A stretch of DNA of 63,951 nucleotides, the filler included, from Chiloscyllium plagiosum (lineage: Eukaryota), in assembly GCF_004010195.1 (NCBI RefSeq). It is 4 parts of one record of this genome, joined end to end, with 100 filler letters (N's around TTAATTAATTAA, not from the genome) between each part and the next. Parts side by side here need not be neighbours in the genome. Positions count along the whole stretch, not along the records: positions 57,054 to 63,951 come from NC_057710.1; 3 more parts are not named here. One strand, 5' to 3'. Both the position numbers and the translations under genes were made by a program. The notes below the pieces were generated by a model. It was not told the DNA's origin. It worked only from the letters and a program-made list of their open reading frames with translations, and made no database searches. Shown here one piece after another: positions 62,151 through 63,951 of the stretch; position 1 is the first letter of the stretch, and each line of letters begins with the position of its first letter.

Positions 62151-63700
62151 CCACCCGTTTTCTCAGACCCTGTTTCCAGTGTTTCTGCTAGTTGCTTAAG
62201 TTGAGGTCTGACTGAAAATTCAGTGGTAAGTCTGTATTTTCTTTGCAAATTGCATCCTCTTCTCATGAGATATAATGGTAGTGAGTCATTCCCAACGGCA
62301 GCTAGGGACGGATAATAAATGTTGGCTAGCCAATGTCACCCATGCCCCATCAGAGAATTTGAAAAAAATGCCTCCTCTGAGTTTACAATCTGTCATAAAA
62401 AGTTTTAAAGTTGAATTTAATGAGAAGGTGCCAACCAAAATGGCTGAAAATTGAGCTAAATCAATTGTCTAAATCTGTTGTCTTTAAAAGCAACACTGTA
62501 ATTAAAACTTGCTTAGACCACTAAATTTCACTTGCAAATGATGCAATGTGGGAAATGGCAGTTCAGGTGAAAGCTGAATATGGTGGTTGGCCAATAAGAG
62601 CTAATTATTGTGAGCGAGAATTTTTTGATGATTTATTCTTTCATAGGACACGGGCACAACTGCAAGGTCAGCATTTGTTGCCCACCCAGAATTACTTTCC
62701 ATTACTAGCACCATGCAGCAAAGCCTGAATTGTTGCAAATATTCTCAGGCAGTCTTGTACCTTTTCTTAACTGACATTAACCAACAGATCAAAGAGTGCA
62801 ACTAAGGCAACTGTGGTTACTGCTGCAGCCATTGCATTTAAAAGGAGGCAGGAGATCAGGGAAAGGTTAAGGTCGGACAAGGTCTGGCCTTCGGGAAATA
62901 ATTTACTGCCCTGAATGCTGCATCTGGTTCTGCAAGTAGAGCAGTGTATGCAGGAGTTCAGTGCTGTAGGGAGGCTTTGAGGCAGTGCGATGTTACATGA
63001 TGATCAAAGTAATTCACCAGTGTCCCTAGCTGTTCTGTTTGTCACTGTGAAAGTGACAGCAGTCATTAATATTTTTGAACAGTGGAATTCTCCAGTCATT
63101 AAAAGGTGCTTTCTATAGTGTTCACTGTATCCAAATGGTCGGTGATACATTCTTCAGGCTAAAATACTTGTGCTACAGAGAATGTAAAAGAGTTTAACAA
63201 AAGAAACAACATTAAAGCAGATTGGAGCTTGCAGAAATGGGAAATTTAGGAAGAGGACATCATATACCTCAGATTTTCTTATCTACCCAACAGCTTTCAA
63301 AATGTATTCTCATGATATGAGTGGTATTGGAAAAAGGCATTTATTATTCTTCCAAAGTTAGTCTTAGATCTGCTTTTTGAACTGTTGAAAGTTCTTATAG
63401 AGATGTGGCTCCAACAAAGCTTCTCGTACATCAGGAATTCCAAGATATTAATCTTGGGTATGACTTTAAAAAAAAGACATGTTGTTAAAACTTTTCATCT
63501 TACACCTATCAGAACAAAAACAACAAGAATACTAAATCTTATTGGTATTTATAGTGGTGATGAAGGACATGTGATACTTGTCCAAGTCTGTGTGATGAGA
63601 GAGAACCTGAAGATTATCCTGCCCTGAGGACACTATGATTTTTGTCCTCTGTTAATTGGGGTCACAGGTAAATGTAAATTTATCAAAATAACTTTGATAA

Positions 63701-63951
63701 ACAATAGACAATAGGTGCAGGAGTAAGCCATTCTGCCCTTTCAGCCTGCACCACCATTCAATATGATCATGGCTGATCATTCCTAATCAGTATCCTGTTC
63801 CTGCCTTATCTCCATAACCCTTGATTCCACTATCCTTGAGAGCTCTATCCAACTCTTTCTTAAATGAATCCAGAGACTCCCAATCCAGAGGCTGGGCCTC
63901 CACTGCCCTCTGGGACAGAGCATTCCACACAGCCACCACTCTCTGGATGAA
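63701..63951 (-). mobile_element. CR1 LINE 3' end (same subfamily as 6267-8800), runs off the window
   Basis: ACAATAGACAATAGGTGCAGGAGTA.GCCATT closely matches 6269 onward. Confidence 0.92.

Noticed and set aside
63867..63892. AATCCAGAG direct repeat inside the CR1 3' end
   Set aside because: Small slippage or repair duplication in a dead LINE; no sign of function

Overview
Vertebrate, repeat-rich, apparently intronic or intergenic DNA, almost certainly from a shark or other elasmobranch: it carries HE1-type V-SINEs sharing a 3' tail with HER1/CR1-type LINEs. No intact protein-coding gene, rRNA, tRNA or CRISPR array is visible, and nearly every listed ORF is a decayed transposon fragment or a by-product of one. 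The window holds many CR1 LINE pieces, two Rex1/Babar-like LINE ends, a Tx1-like L1-clade element, Penelope elements and small palindromic derivatives, Gypsy-type remnants with two related LTRs, a Tigger remnant, and several SINE families (HE1, a second tRNA-headed SINE, Deu-domain-like, LF-SINE-like). The most notable signals are: (1) minimal hammerhead-ribozyme cores in Penelope ends and in mini-elements with target-site duplications (TSDs); (2) a decayed intronless coiled-coil coding sequence of about 1.5 kb split by a LINE/SINE insertion; (3) minus-strand splice signals (a possible recursive AG|GT site, a microexon and two exon candidates) suggesting an unidentified long-intron host gene; (4) a 272-bp duplication flanking a SINE head with a fold-back junction. 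Family names come from recalled motifs, not searches, and boundaries of old repeats are approximate. I cannot support a wholly new biological system from sequence alone.
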